64,000 nucleotides of DNA from Candidatus Woesearchaeota archaeon (GCA_017609525.1 JAFCDT010000002.1:4885-68884), one strand, 5' to 3'. Shown: positions 21,608-33,000, counted from the stretch's first letter. Numbers and translations are program-made. The notes: generated from the letters alone by a model not told the origin.

Positions 21608-21940
21608 CTATGATACTTTTGTTCCTTCTGGAATGTCTTTCTCTGGTGTTATTAAAACTACATTATCGTCTCTGCCGACTACTGCCGCCAATAACATTCC
21701 TTCTGATTTTACTCCCCTTAATACTGCTGGTTCAAGATTAGTAAATACAATTATTTTCTTTCCTATTAATTCTTCTTTTTTATAATGACTTTTTATTCCA
21801 GCCACAATGGTTCTTTGCTCATCACCTAAAGATACCTTTAGAACAAAGAGCTTGTCTGCATTTGGATGGTCTTCTGCTTCTAAAATCTTTGCAACCCTAA
21901 AATCAAATTTTTGCCATTCATTAAAATTTATTTTTTCCAT
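21608..21940 (-). CDS. Stand-alone MetRS C-terminal tRNA-binding (Trbp111/EMAP) domain
   Basis: HPNADKL, RTIVAGI, NLEPAVLRGVKSEGMLLAA. Confidence 0.93.
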   Translation of the reverse strand: MEKINFNEWQKFDFRVAKILEAEDHPNADKLFVLKVSLGDEQRTIVAGIKSHYKKEELIGKKIIVFTNLEPAVLRGVKSEGMLLAAVVGRDDNVVLITPEKDIPEGTKVS

Positions 21941-21942
21941 TT

Positions 21943-22134
21943 TTAACTCCTGTCTTTTATAAAAGCTTCAAAGCTTCTATCATATGTTGCTTCAGCTTCT
22001 TTTGAGAAACAACATGCTGGAAGCTGATTGCTCTTTAGATGATACTTTAAACATTCGCAACAAATTCCTTTTCTTGAACATCCAGGATAGGTGCATGGAC
22101 ACTCTTTTAAATTTTCATCTTTTTTACATCCCAT
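21943..22134 (-). CDS. Small Cys-rich protein (DUF6485-like)
   Basis: CPCTYPGCSRKGICCECLKYH...LPACCF...TYDRS. Confidence 0.8.
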   Translation of the reverse strand: MGCKKDENLKECPCTYPGCSRKGICCECLKYHLKSNQLPACCFSKEAEATYDRSFEAFIKDRS

Positions 22135-22135
22135 T

Positions 22136-23593
22136 TTATATTTTTTTAAATAAATGTTCTCCTTTTTTAATTTTTGTTTTTTTAAGTAAATTGGGTTTAC
22201 AATCCTTTAATGTTCCGAGTTGTATATTTAATTGTTTATTTATTTTTTCTGAGGTTTCTGGTATAAAGGGGTGTAATAAAATTGATATAATTCTCAATGA
22301 GTCTGCTAAGGTATAAAGTATTTTTTCTAATTCTTTTTTATCTTTGATTTCCCATGGCTTTTTGTCGTTAATGTATTTATTACATTTATTAACAAATTTC
22401 CATATTTCTGCTAGTGCCTTATCTAGTTCATAGTTTTGCATTAGTTTGTCTATTTTTTCTATATCAAAAGTTAATTCTGATTTTGATTCTGGAATCTCTG
22501 AATTAAAATTCTTTTCAATTAGCGTTAAGGTTCTTGATAATAAATTACCTAAGTCATTTGCTAATTCGTTATTATTCCTGTTGATTAAAGATTTTTCTGA
22601 AAAGTCTCCATCCTCTCCATGGGGAATGTCCCTTATGATTGCATACCTTATTGGATCTATTTCATATTTATCAATTAAGAAAATTGGATCTATTACATTG
22701 CCTAAGCTTTTACTTATTTTTTTTCCATTTAAGGTTATATAACCGTGCACATAAACTGTTTTAGGTAATGGAATTCCTGCTGACATTAGCATTGCTGGCC
22801 ATATGATTGTATGAAACCAGTTAATTCCTTTTCCAATGTAATGGCAATCTGCTGGCCAGAATTCCTTATAGGGTTTTTCATCTGGATAACCTAATGCAGA
22901 AACATAGTTAATCAGGGCATCAAACCAAACATAAATTTTATGTTTTTTGTCTATTGGGGTTGTGATTCCCCAGTCCAGATTTGTTCTTGAAACACTTAAA
23001 TCTTTAAGACCTTCTGATTTTAATCGAGATATCATCTCGTTTCTTCTTTTTTGGGGCAGAATAAATGTGTTGGTTTCTATGAGTTTTAAGACTTTATCTT
23101 GGTATTTGGATAATTTAAAGAAATAACTTTCTTCTTTTAACCACTCTGGTTCTTTGTTATGTTCTGGGCATTTTCCATCTACTAATTCTTTTTCTGTTAT
23201 AAATGCTTCACAACCTTGACAGTAATAGCCTTCATAATTTCCTTTGTATATATCTCCTTTGTCAAAAACTTTTTTGAATATTTCTTGAGCAACTTTGGTG
23301 TGTCTTGCTTGAGTTGTTCTAATAAAATCATCATTAGAAAGGTTTAGTTTTTTGCATAATTCTTCAAATAATTTTGAGTTTTGATCTACGAACTTTTTTG
23401 TTTCTATCTTAGCTTCTTTTGCTGCCTGCTCGTTTTTTTGAGCATTTTCATCTGTTCCTGTCAAAAAATAAACTTTTTCTCCTTTAAGCCTGTGCCATCT
23501 AGCTATAACATCTGCACAAATTTTTTCATATGCGTGCCCAATGTGTGGGGGGGCATTGACATAGTCAATTGCTGTTGTTATGTAAAATTTCAT
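22136..23593 (-). CDS. metG: Methionine--tRNA ligase, bacterial short type
   Basis: YITTAIDYVNAPPHIGHAYE, single Zn knuckle, YVWFDALINY, KISKSLGN. Confidence 0.96.
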   Translation of the reverse strand: MKFYITTAIDYVNAPPHIGHAYEKICADVIARWHRLKGEKVYFLTGTDENAQKNEQAAKEAKIETKKFVDQNSKLFEELCKKLNLSNDDFIRTTQARHTKVAQEIFKKVFDKGDIYKGNYEGYYCQGCEAFITEKELVDGKCPEHNKEPEWLKEESYFFKLSKYQDKVLKLIETNTFILPQKRRNEMISRLKSEGLKDLSVSRTNLDWGITTPIDKKHKIYVWFDALINYVSALGYPDEKPYKEFWPADCHYIGKGINWFHTIIWPAMLMSAGIPLPKTVYVHGYITLNGKKISKSLGNVIDPIFLIDKYEIDPIRYAIIRDIPHGEDGDFSEKSLINRNNNELANDLGNLLSRTLTLIEKNFNSEIPESKSELTFDIEKIDKLMQNYELDKALAEIWKFVNKCNKYINDKKPWEIKDKKELEKILYTLADSLRIISILLHPFIPETSEKINKQLNIQLGTLKDCKPNLLKKTKIKKGEHLFKKI

Positions 23594-23671
23594 AGAGTTG
23601 AGCTAGAATAAATTTATTTAAAGGTTTTGATAGGTTTTAGGAATATAATTATTCTTAAAAGAATAAAGAAG

Positions 23672-23743
23672 TGGGCCCGGTGAGAATCGAACTCACTACC
23701 TTTACCGTGTGAGGGTAATGTCATACCAATAGACCACGGGCCC
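23672..23743 (-). tRNA. tRNA-Val(CAC)
   Basis: Minus strand GGGCCCG...TTACC-CTCACAC-GGTAA...GTTCGATTC...CGGGCCCA. Confidence 0.95.
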
Positions 23744-23745
23744 AA

Positions 23746-24883
<1,138 letters not shown>

Positions 24884-24886
<3 letters not shown>

Positions 24887-24956
24887 CCCCGGGAGGATTT
24901 GAACCTCCGTCCACAGATCCAGAGTCTGTAATGCTTGACCGCTACACCACAGGGCT
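24884..24956 (-). tRNA. tRNA-Gln(CTG)
   Basis: Minus strand AGCCCTG...ACAGA-CTCTGGA-TCTGT...GTTCAAATC...CGGGGCTA; A1-U72 as in archaeal tRNA-Gln; 3' end overlaps the gmd stop codon. Confidence 0.95.
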
Positions 24957-25011
24957 TTAAATCACTTAAATTCAATAAGTTATTTAAATTTATCTTCCAT
25001 TCTAATAAATT

Positions 25012-25524
25012 ATGACAAAAGCTACTATTGTTAAAAAAGAAAAAAGAAAACCCAATCTTGCTGAGACAAAAGACTCTTGGTGGTTGGGGGAACTTGATTT
25101 AGCTAGACGTTTATTAAGAAGGTATAGGCGGGAAATAAAAACGCTGGAGGGAATTCCAGAAATAAGAGATGGTTTAAATGGGAATGATTTGGGGCTCTTA
25201 TTAAGTAGGGATACAAAAAAGATATATGCTTCTATTAAAATTGAACTAATTCCTTTAATCATAGATTTATTTCTTGGAGAAAGAGAAAAGGATTACAAGA
25301 TGCATCCGGGAACTGAGTCGTGCGAAAATCCAGACCACATTCGTGTTAAATGTAGCCGTAAAGGGGGAATCACGGCTTATTATTGGCCAGATGTTCTTCT
25401 TCATATATTGACTGTAAAGAAAAAAAACGTAAAGGGGGGGTATTGTTTAGAAGATTTTTGTTCTATAAATATAGAAAAAAGAAAAGGGAGAAATGACTGG
25501 TATGGAAGAAATCATTGGGTTTAG
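25012..25524 (+). CDS. Hypothetical protein
   Basis: 170-aa ORF in series with downstream genes; no recognised motif. Confidence 0.55.
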   Translation: MTKATIVKKEKRKPNLAETKDSWWLGELDLARRLLRRYRREIKTLEGIPEIRDGLNGNDLGLLLSRDTKKIYASIKIELIPLIIDLFLGEREKDYKMHPGTESCENPDHIRVKCSRKGGITAYYWPDVLLHILTVKKKNVKGGYCLEDFCSINIEKRKGRNDWYGRNHWV

Positions 25525-26284
25525 TAAAGATTTAATTAGAAAGTTAATAAATAAAAAAAATATTTATCTTGTAAGTAAAGGGAATAAAGCAATAAAAATT
25601 ATTTCTAGAAAATTTAAAGATAAAACTTTCTTAATTCAAGATCAAGGAGGATGGATAACTTACTATCAATATCCTAAAAAGATTAAAAGATTAAAAACAG
25701 ATTATGGTGTTGTTGATGTTAACGATTTAAAGAAAAAGGTTAATAGTAATTCTGTTTTATTGATCAATAGTTTAACCGGATATTTTTCAGAGCAACCAAT
25801 GAAAGAAATTTATAATATTTGTAAAAAGAAAAAATGTTTAGTTATTAACGATGTTTCTGGGAGTATTGGTCTGGAAATTTCCAAAATAGGGGACATTATT
25901 CTTGGCAGCTTTGGTAAATGGAAAGTTATCGAGTTGGGCTATGGAGGGTTTATTGCCAGTAATGAGAATTTAAATATAAAAGAAGATTTTAAGGGAGATT
26001 ATAAAAAATTAAATGAACAATTAAAAAATATTAAAAAAAGATGGAAAGGATTTGATAGGTTAAACAAAAAAGTTAAGAATAACTTAAAGGAGCATGATAT
26101 AATTCATAAAAGTAAAAGAGGAATTAATGTTGTTGTTAGATTCCATAATAAAAAAGAAAAAGAAGAAATAATAAAATATTGTGAAAGTAATAATTATGAA
26201 TATACCTTATGTCCCAGATACATAAGAGTTAATTGTGATGCAATAAGTATTGAATTAAAAAGAAAAGATTTAAATAAAAAATAG
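25493..26284 (+). CDS. Divergent DegT/DnrJ-like PLP-dependent transferase fold
   Basis: INDVSGSIG...GDIILGSFGKWKVIELGYGGFI resembles the DegT PLP-Lys region. Confidence 0.65.
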   Translation: MTGMEEIIGFSKDLIRKLINKKNIYLVSKGNKAIKIISRKFKDKTFLIQDQGGWITYYQYPKKIKRLKTDYGVVDVNDLKKKVNSNSVLLINSLTGYFSEQPMKEIYNICKKKKCLVINDVSGSIGLEISKIGDIILGSFGKWKVIELGYGGFIASNENLNIKEDFKGDYKKLNEQLKNIKKRWKGFDRLNKKVKNNLKEHDIIHKSKRGINVVVRFHNKKEKEEIIKYCESNNYEYTLCPRYIRVNCDAISIELKRKDLNKK

Positions 26285-26300
26285 ATTGCTTAGTAATAAA

Positions 26301-26714
26301 ATGTTAAAAGAACCAGAATCAATAGAGGAATGTGTATACTTTACTAGAAGGCTTATTGGGGAAGGCAAAGTTGTAGCGTGGGTTTTCAAGGCAAAGTGTA
26401 AAAAATGTGGCGAAGGGTTAATGGGTAAGCCCAAAGATCCTAAAACTGGAAAACCTAAAATAAGAGCTACTGAGTATGTGTGCCCAAGCTGTGGAAATGT
26501 TGAAGAAAAAAAAGAGTATGAAGAAAGATTAACTGTTAATATTAAATATAAATGTCCTCACTGTAGTTTTGAAGGAGAAATACAAATACCATTTAAAAGA
26601 AAAAAAGTTTCTAGAATTAATGAAGAAACTGGAAAAAGAGAAAGTGTGGATGCTTTAAGATTTCAATGCAATAAATGTGAAAAGAATATAGATATAACAA
26701 AAAAGATGAAATGA
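26301..26714 (+). CDS. Zinc-ribbon protein (four CxxC)
   Basis: CKKC, CPSC, CPHC, CNKC. Confidence 0.75.
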   Translation: MLKEPESIEECVYFTRRLIGEGKVVAWVFKAKCKKCGEGLMGKPKDPKTGKPKIRATEYVCPSCGNVEEKKEYEERLTVNIKYKCPHCSFEGEIQIPFKRKKVSRINEETGKRESVDALRFQCNKCEKNIDITKKMK

Positions 26715-26927
26715 TTAACTTTTGTGGGCTAATTTAATGTCTATATCTTTTATTGTTTTTCTTCCAGAATGATTGGCTAATCTAACTGCTTTCTCGCCAA
26801 TTTCTTGTCCAATTTCTTCAAGAATATCTCTTAAAGCTTCTTTTGCACTATTGCTTACTCTTACTGCACTGGATTTTTTCTTTAAAAGGTGCTCCATTGC
26901 AGCCAAGGGCAAAATTCTTTTTGACAT
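26715..26927 (-). CDS. Archaeal histone
   Basis: LPLAAMEHLLK...RVSNSA...AVRLANHSGRKTIKDIDIKLA. Confidence 0.93.
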   Translation of the reverse strand: MSKRILPLAAMEHLLKKKSSAVRVSNSAKEALRDILEEIGQEIGEKAVRLANHSGRKTIKDIDIKLAHKS

Positions 26928-27041
26928 TTTAAATCACTTAAAACAGGAATATAACTAAAATATAAAAAGATTTCTGTTTTTTAAGGTATTTTTGGGGTTT
27001 TTTCTTTAAAAAAAGGGTTTTATGTGGATAATTTTAAAAAC

Positions 27042-27058
27042 AAAAAGCTTTATAAATA
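27042..27058 (+). promoter_or_regulatory. BRE/TATA box of the ribosomal protein operon
   Basis: AAAAGCTTTATAAATA about 150 bp upstream of rpl3. Confidence 0.65.
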
Positions 27059-27079
27059 AGTTAATAAAAAGGAAAAATA

Positions 27080-27204
27080 CCCTACTGATTATTTTAAAAT
27101 AGCCTTAGGCTATTAACAAGAAACAGCCGCTGATTCTAAAGGCGAGCGCAAGTTGACGTCTTTAACTTGCTACTTCTCGAAAGAGAAGTATGGATACAGT
27201 CAAA
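27080..27204 (+). ncRNA. Structured 5' leader of rpl3 (candidate r-leader)
   Basis: Hairpins AATAGCC-TTA-GGCTATT (27098-27114), GCAAGTTGA-CGTCT-TTAACTTGC (27148-27170), TACTTCTC-GAAA-GAGAAGTA (27171-27190). Confidence 0.62.
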
Positions 27205-28152
27205 ATGGCAAAGAAGCATGCACCTAGAAGAGGAAGTTGGCAGTTTTGGCCTAGAAAGAGGAGTAAAAAATCAACCCCCAGGATAAGAAGCTGGTTTAAA
27301 CCTCAAGAGCCTAAAATTGCTGGATTTGCTGGCTACAAAGCTGGAATGACTCATATAGAGATGAAAGATAATCCAAAATCCCCAAATAAAGATAATTTTA
27401 AGATCACACCGGTGACAGTTATTGAGTGTCCGCCACTCAAGGTCATTGGTCTAAGGTTTTATAAAAAACACAATAAAAATCTTGTTTCTTTTTCTCATCT
27501 TCTTTCTTCAAACGTCGATAAGGAGCTACTGAGAAGAACAAAGTTAGGTAAATCAGAAGAGCCCCAAGAGTTTGATGAAGTAAGGTTATTAGTTCATACT
27601 CAACCAAAATTAACAGGTATTGGCAAGAAAAAGCCAGAATTATTTGAAATTGGGCTGGGTGGAAATAAAAAAGAAGCTTTAGAATTGGGTAAAAGTTATC
27701 TTGGCAAGGAGCTTACTATCAACGATGTTTTTAAGGAAGGCCAATTTTTAGATCTACATGGCATAACTAAAGGAAAGGGTTTTCAAGGAACTGTTAAGAG
27801 GTTTGGTGTAATAATTAGGCAACATAAATCTGAAAAAACTAAGAGGGGAATTGGAAATTTGGGTTCATGGACTCCTAAAAGGGTGCAGTATACTGTTCCT
27901 CAGCCAGGCAAGATGGGTTATCATCTTAGAACAGAATATAATAAATGGAATTTGATGATAGGGGATAATCCTGAAGATATAAACCCAAAAGGCGGATTTT
28001 TGCATTATGGGTTGGTTAAAAACAACTATTTATTACTAAAAGGCTCTGTACCAGGTCCTGCAAAAAGACTTGTCATATTAACAAATGCAAGAAGGTCTCA
28101 CAAAAGCCATCCAATAGAATTGAAGTATATCAGTAAGGAAAGTAAACAATGA
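27205..28152 (+). CDS. rpl3: 50S ribosomal protein L3
   Basis: PRRGS, GYKAGMTH, TKGKGFQG. Confidence 0.97.
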   Translation: MAKKHAPRRGSWQFWPRKRSKKSTPRIRSWFKPQEPKIAGFAGYKAGMTHIEMKDNPKSPNKDNFKITPVTVIECPPLKVIGLRFYKKHNKNLVSFSHLLSSNVDKELLRRTKLGKSEEPQEFDEVRLLVHTQPKLTGIGKKKPELFEIGLGGNKKEALELGKSYLGKELTINDVFKEGQFLDLHGITKGKGFQGTVKRFGVIIRQHKSEKTKRGIGNLGSWTPKRVQYTVPQPGKMGYHLRTEYNKWNLMIGDNPEDINPKGGFLHYGLVKNNYLLLKGSVPGPAKRLVILTNARRSHKSHPIELKYISKESKQ

Positions 28153-28961
28153 ATATAATAAATTTAGATGGGACTAAAGGAAAGAGTTTTAATTTCCCTA
28201 GTCAGTTTAATGAAGAAATAAGGCCTGATTTAATTAAAAGGGCTGTTTTAGTTATTCAGAAGAATAAAAGACAGAGATATGGTGCCAAGCCTGATGCAGG
28301 AATGAGGGCTAGTGCAAAGGTATCAAGAAGGAGAAGAAAATATAGAGGAGCTTATGGGAGGGGTATTTCCAGGGTTCCCAGGAAAGTAGTATTAAAAAGA
28401 GGAACAAACATAATTTTTACTGCGGCATTTGCTCCAGGCACTGTTTCTGGTAGAAGAGCACATCCTCCTAAAGCTGAAAAAGAACTTGGAAGCAAGATAA
28501 ACATTAAAGAAAGAAGAAAGGCAATAAGATCTGCATTAGCTGCTACAAAAGATAAAGAATTAGTTAAAAAGAGAGGTCATTTGTTTAAAGAATATCCTTT
28601 GGTTGTTGATTCTAAGATTGAATCATTAAAGAAAACAAAAGATGTTAAAGATTTATTGTTAAAATTAGGATTAGAAAAAGAACTAGAAAGAATCGAAGAT
28701 AAAAAAGTCAGAAGCAAAAAAATCCGAAGCAGGGGGAGAAAATACAAAATAAAAAAAGGGCCTTTGATTGTAACTAGCAATGATTGCGATTTAATTAAGG
28801 CTGGAACCAACATACAAGGAGTTGATATTGTTAAGGTTGATTTGCTTAATACTGAATTGTTGGCTCCTGGAACTCATCCTGGAAGACTCACCATCTATAG
28901 TGAAAAAGCACTTGAAAGGATGGAAAAAGAAAAATTGTTTTTTGATAAAAAGAAAAAATGA
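28149..28961 (+). CDS. rpl4: 50S ribosomal protein L4
   Basis: IRPDLIKRAV, GRRAHPPK, LAPGTHPGRLT. Confidence 0.97.
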   Translation: MNIINLDGTKGKSFNFPSQFNEEIRPDLIKRAVLVIQKNKRQRYGAKPDAGMRASAKVSRRRRKYRGAYGRGISRVPRKVVLKRGTNIIFTAAFAPGTVSGRRAHPPKAEKELGSKINIKERRKAIRSALAATKDKELVKKRGHLFKEYPLVVDSKIESLKKTKDVKDLLLKLGLEKELERIEDKKVRSKKIRSRGRKYKIKKGPLIVTSNDCDLIKAGTNIQGVDIVKVDLLNTELLAPGTHPGRLTIYSEKALERMEKEKLFFDKKKK

Positions 28962-29203
28962 AAGGATATCCATTAACTACTGAAAAATCTGTAAGACTAA
29001 TGCAGTCGGAGAACAAATTAACATTCATCTTTGATAAAAGAATGAGTAAAGAAGAAATAAAAAAAGAGGTAGAAAAAGAATTTAAGGTTAAGGTGAAAAA
29101 AATCACTACAACCATTTTGCCTAATAATAAAAAAAAGGCTTTTTTGAAGCTTGACGAATCAACTCCTGCAATGGATGTAGCAACTCAGCTAGGGTTAATG
29201 TAA
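28958..29203 (+). CDS. rpl23: 50S ribosomal protein L23
   Basis: PLTTEKS, ENKLTF, KKAFLKL. Confidence 0.96.
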   Translation: MKGYPLTTEKSVRLMQSENKLTFIFDKRMSKEEIKKEVEKEFKVKVKKITTTILPNNKKKAFLKLDESTPAMDVATQLGLM

Positions 29204-29204
29204 G

Positions 29205-29912
29205 ATGGGTAAATTAATTATAACACAAAGACGGGGAAAGGGAAGCTCAACTTATAGAGCTAGCGGACACAGGAATAAAGGCAGGATCAAGAATAAAAGT
29301 TTTGGCACAAAAAAAGAAAAAGGAGTTATAAAAGATATTGTTAATAGCAGAGGACATTCTGCACCCTTACTAGAAATATCTTATGAAAAAGAAAAGGTAT
29401 TAATCCCTGCTTCTTACGGATTGAAGGTCGGGGATGAAGTTTTAAGTGGTGAAAATATAGATGTGAATGTGGGAAATACATTGCCTTTAAAGAATATTCC
29501 TGAAGGAACACAGATTTATAATATTGAAGCTAAACCCGGAAAATCTGCATTTTGCAGATCTGCAGGAACTTTTGCAAAAGTAATTGCGAAATTTCCAGAC
29601 AGGGTTGTTATAAATCTTCCATCAAAGAAGAAAAAAAGTTTAAATCCAGAGTGCAGGGCTACTATTGGAATTGTAGCTGGAGGGGGAAGGAAAGAAAAAC
29701 CTTTTGTTAAAGCTGGAAAAAGGCATCATGCTATGAGAGCAAAAGGCAAACTTTATCCAAGAACAAGTGGAGTTGCAATGAACGCTGTTGATCATCCATT
29801 TGGATCTGGTAGGGGAAGACATATTGGTAAACCTAAAACAGCACCTAGACATGCTCCACCTGGAAGAAATGTTGGTTTAATAAAAGCAAGGAGAACTGGA
29901 AAGAAAAAGTAA
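29205..29912 (+). CDS. rpl2: 50S ribosomal protein L2
   Basis: [18 protein letters not shown]. Confidence 0.97.
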   Translation: MGKLIITQRRGKGSSTYRASGHRNKGRIKNKSFGTKKEKGVIKDIVNSRGHSAPLLEISYEKEKVLIPASYGLKVGDEVLSGENIDVNVGNTLPLKNIPEGTQIYNIEAKPGKSAFCRSAGTFAKVIAKFPDRVVINLPSKKKKSLNPECRATIGIVAGGGRKEKPFVKAGKRHHAMRAKGKLYPRTSGVAMNAVDHPFGSGRGRHIGKPKTAPRHAPPGRNVGLIKARRTGKKK

Positions 29913-29913
29913 A

Positions 29914-30309
29914 ATGGCAAAAGAATTCACGCTTGGAGGAAAAACACTTGAAGAATTAAAACAAATGAGTATTAAAGATTTTGCTAAATTAATACCTGCA
30001 AGACAAAGAAGGTCTATAAGCAGAGGATTTACTGATGCGCAAAAAGTTTTGTTAGCTAAAATTAGAGCTACTAATAAAGGAACCTATAAAAAACCAATCA
30101 AAACTCATTGTAGAAATATGATTATTCTGCCTGAGATGGTTGGTTTAACCATTCATATTCATAGAGGAAAAGATTTTGTTCCAATAAATATTGTTCCTGA
30201 AATGTTGGGACATTATCTTGGAGAATTTAGTTTAACAAGAGGAAAGGTTGCACATTCTGCTCCGGGCGTAGGAGCAACTAAATCAAGTGCAGCAGTTAAG
30301 GTCAAATGA
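29914..30309 (+). CDS. rps19: 30S ribosomal protein S19
   Basis: [26 protein letters not shown]. Confidence 0.97.
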   Translation: MAKEFTLGGKTLEELKQMSIKDFAKLIPARQRRSISRGFTDAQKVLLAKIRATNKGTYKKPIKTHCRNMIILPEMVGLTIHIHRGKDFVPINIVPEMLGHYLGEFSLTRGKVAHSAPGVGATKSSAAVKVK

Positions 30310-30746
30310 GTGAAGAACATATTGCAAAGGTTAATGGTAAGGATTTACCAATATCTACAAAGAACAGTATCGAAGTGTGTAATTTTATTAGAAATAAGAC
30401 TGTTGCTGATTCAAAAAGAATCCTGCAGGGCGTTTTAGAAGAAAAAAGGGCAATTCCTGCTAAAAGGTTCAATAAAGACAGAGGCCATAAAAGAGGGAGG
30501 ATTGCTGCAGGAATCTACCCGAAAAATGTTTGTAGGCAGATAATGATGTTGTTGGAATCGGCTGAAGCAAATGCTCAAAATAAAGGACTTAATGTTGACA
30601 ATTTAATAATTAAATCCATCACTGTTAACAAGGCTTCTGCGCCTTGGAGATATGGAAGATTTAGGAGAAGAAAAACAAAAAGGACACACATTAGTGTTGT
30701 TGTTGAAGAAGTAGAAAAAAAGCCAAAAGAGGGGGCTAAGAAATGA
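30306..30746 (+). CDS. rpl22: 50S ribosomal protein L22
   Basis: [21 protein letters not shown]; operon position. Confidence 0.96.
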   Translation: MSEEHIAKVNGKDLPISTKNSIEVCNFIRNKTVADSKRILQGVLEEKRAIPAKRFNKDRGHKRGRIAAGIYPKNVCRQIMMLLESAEANAQNKGLNVDNLIIKSITVNKASAPWRYGRFRRRKTKRTHISVVVEEVEKKPKEGAKK

Positions 30747-31504
30747 TAGAAAGAAAATTTGTATCTCAAAAAATAAAAGAACATATGGTCCAGGAATTTA
30801 TAGCTAATGAGCTTGATAAGTCTGGACACAATAGAATAGAAATAAAAAGAACCCCTCTTGGAGAGAAAATTATCATTTATACTCCTCGCCCTGGTTTAAT
30901 TGTGGGTAGAAAGGGAGAAAACATCAAGAAATTAACTGCTACTTTAAAAAATAAATTTCAAATGGAAAACCCTCAAATAGAGGTTTCTGAAATAGAAGAT
31001 CCATTTTTAGATCCCAATGCTGTTGTTGATAAGATAGTCTATACTCTTGAGAGGTTTGGACCTAAGCGGTTTAAATTTGTAGGTTATCAAACTCTTCAAA
31101 GGATCATGGATGCTGGAGCACTTGGAGCTGAGATTGTAATTGGAGGAGTGGGGGTGCCTGGAGCTAGAGCAAAGAGTTGGAGATTTTCAGATGGTTACTT
31201 GAAAAAAGTTGGGAATGTTTCTCAAACACAGGTGTTAAGAGCTGAGGCTGTGGCAAACCTTAGAAGGGGGAGCATTGGAGTTAAGATTAGTATCTTGCCA
31301 CCGGACTTGAAGCTACCTGACAAAATCTTAATTAAAAAAGAGGAAAAAGAAGTTGAGAAGGTGGAAGAAAAAACTCAGGAAATTGTTAAAGAAGAACCTG
31401 AAGAAAAGAAAGAGGAAAACGAAAAGAAACCTAAGGAAGAAAAATCAGAAGAAAATAATAAAAAAACCGTAAAGGAAAAAGATGGCAATAATAAAAAAAA
31501 GTGA
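30743..31504 (+). CDS. rps3: 30S ribosomal protein S3
   Basis: RTPLG, RPGLIVGRKG, IMDAGALGAEI; charged tail. Confidence 0.96.
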   Translation: MIERKFVSQKIKEHMVQEFIANELDKSGHNRIEIKRTPLGEKIIIYTPRPGLIVGRKGENIKKLTATLKNKFQMENPQIEVSEIEDPFLDPNAVVDKIVYTLERFGPKRFKFVGYQTLQRIMDAGALGAEIVIGGVGVPGARAKSWRFSDGYLKKVGNVSQTQVLRAEAVANLRRGSIGVKISILPPDLKLPDKILIKKEEKEVEKVEEKTQEIVKEEPEEKKEENEKKPKEEKSEENNKKTVKEKDGNNKKK

Positions 31505-31700
31505 AATGAAAAATATGGGTGAAGCTCAACTAAAGGCTAAACTCAAAGATCTCAATACAGAATTAATTAAAATAAATGCTCAAATTTCAAGTGGAACTGC
31601 ACCTCAAAATCCAGGGAATGTTCGCGAAATTAAAAAAACAATTGCAAAAATATTAACAAAACTAAATGAAAAGAAAAGGGAGGGTAAAGAAAAGGAATGA
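31482..31700 (+). CDS. rpl29: 50S ribosomal protein L29
   Basis: [17 protein letters not shown]. Confidence 0.95.
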   Translation: MAIIKKSEMKNMGEAQLKAKLKDLNTELIKINAQISSGTAPQNPGNVREIKKTIAKILTKLNEKKREGKEKE

Positions 31701-32011
31701 CTGAAATATGCCCCAAATGTGGGCTTCCAAAAGATACTCTTTGCATGTGCGAAGTTATAGCCAAAGAAGATCAAAAAATCAAGATAAAAACTGTAAAAAG
31801 AAAGTTTGGAAAGTTAATGACTGTGATTGAGGGCATAAATCAAAAGGAGATTGGTATCAAGGACCTTACAAAAAAACTTAAATCACAGCTTGCATGTGGA
31901 GGTACTGCTAAAGGAGGTATAATTGAACTCCAAGGGAATCATGCTGATAAAGTTGTTGAGGCATTAATTGGATTGGGATTTTCAAAGGAGAGCATCACAA
32001 AAACCAAATAA
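31697..32011 (+). CDS. sui1: Translation initiation factor aIF-1 (SUI1)
   Basis: [24 protein letters not shown]. Confidence 0.95.
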   Translation: MTEICPKCGLPKDTLCMCEVIAKEDQKIKIKTVKRKFGKLMTVIEGINQKEIGIKDLTKKLKSQLACGGTAKGGIIELQGNHADKVVEALIGLGFSKESITKTK

Positions 32012-32012
32012 G

Positions 32013-32288
32013 ATGGGGGTTTATGATTATATCGCAAAAGGTGAATTGATAGGTTTAAATTTAAAGATAATTGAATCAAAAAACCAAGATTTGGTGGGAT
32101 TGCAAGGAAAGGTAATTGATGAAACAAAAAACATGCTAACAATCGAAACAAAAAAAGGAATTAAAAAAATAATAAAATCAGAAATCAAAATGAGATTGAA
32201 CGTAAAAGGGAAAGAATTTGATGTTGATGGAAAAATATTAGTGAGAAGACCAGAAGATCGGATAAAAAAAGTAAGAGGATTAAAATGA
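32013..32288 (+). CDS. rnp1: RNase P protein subunit Rpp29
   Basis: ELIGL, GKVIDETKNML, RPEDRIKK. Confidence 0.93.
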   Translation: MGVYDYIAKGELIGLNLKIIESKNQDLVGLQGKVIDETKNMLTIETKKGIKKIIKSEIKMRLNVKGKEFDVDGKILVRRPEDRIKKVRGLK

Positions 32289-32602
32289 ACATTGGAATTA
32301 ATGTAAAGCTGCCTAAGAAAAAATGTGAAGACAAAAAATGTCCCTTTCATGGAAAGATTAAACCTAGGGGAAGATCTTTTTTAGGTGAAGTTTTGAAAGT
32401 CAATCTGCATAAAACAATTGTTGTGGGATGGAAGCGAACAATTTATCTTCCAAAATATGAGAGATATGAAAAAAGAAATACAAAATTACATGTTCACAAA
32501 CCAGATTGTATTGATGTTAATGTGGGTGATAAGGTTAGGATTATGGAAGTCAGGCCTATTAGCAAAATGAAGAATTTTGTTGTTATTGAGGTAATGAAAT
32601 GA
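32285..32602 (+). CDS. rps17: 30S ribosomal protein S17
   Basis: CEDKKCPFHG, KYERYEKR, RPISK. Confidence 0.96.
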   Translation: MNIGINVKLPKKKCEDKKCPFHGKIKPRGRSFLGEVLKVNLHKTIVVGWKRTIYLPKYERYEKRNTKLHVHKPDCIDVNVGDKVRIMEVRPISKMKNFVVIEVMK

Positions 32603-33000
32603 AAGCAAAGAATGCTAGAGTAACAAGGGGAATACCTACCGGTGCCAGAGTTAAAACATGCGATAACTCTGGAGCAAAAATAGTTAGAATATTTACAGTT
32701 TATGGAGTTGGTACTACAAAGAGAAGAAGAGCTGCGGCTGGTGTGGGGGATAAAGTTATGGGCTCTGTGATTAAAGGAAGGCCCGATATGAGAAAAAAAG
32801 TAGTACAATGCGTGATTGTCAGGCAAAAAAAAGAATACAGAAGACCTAATGGAAGGAGAATAAAATTTGAAGATAATGCCTTAGTGGTATTAAAAGATGA
32901 AAAAGGGAATCCAAAAGGTACTATGTTTAAGGGACCTATTGCTAAGGAGGCAGCTACTCGTTGGCCTGCAATATCTAAGATAGCGGGGATGATAGTATGA
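32599..33000 (+). CDS. rpl14: 50S ribosomal protein L14
   Basis: DNSGAK, FEDNA, GPIAKEA. Confidence 0.97.
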   Translation: MKAKNARVTRGIPTGARVKTCDNSGAKIVRIFTVYGVGTTKRRRAAAGVGDKVMGSVIKGRPDMRKKVVQCVIVRQKKEYRRPNGRRIKFEDNALVVLKDEKGNPKGTMFKGPIAKEAATRWPAISKIAGMIV

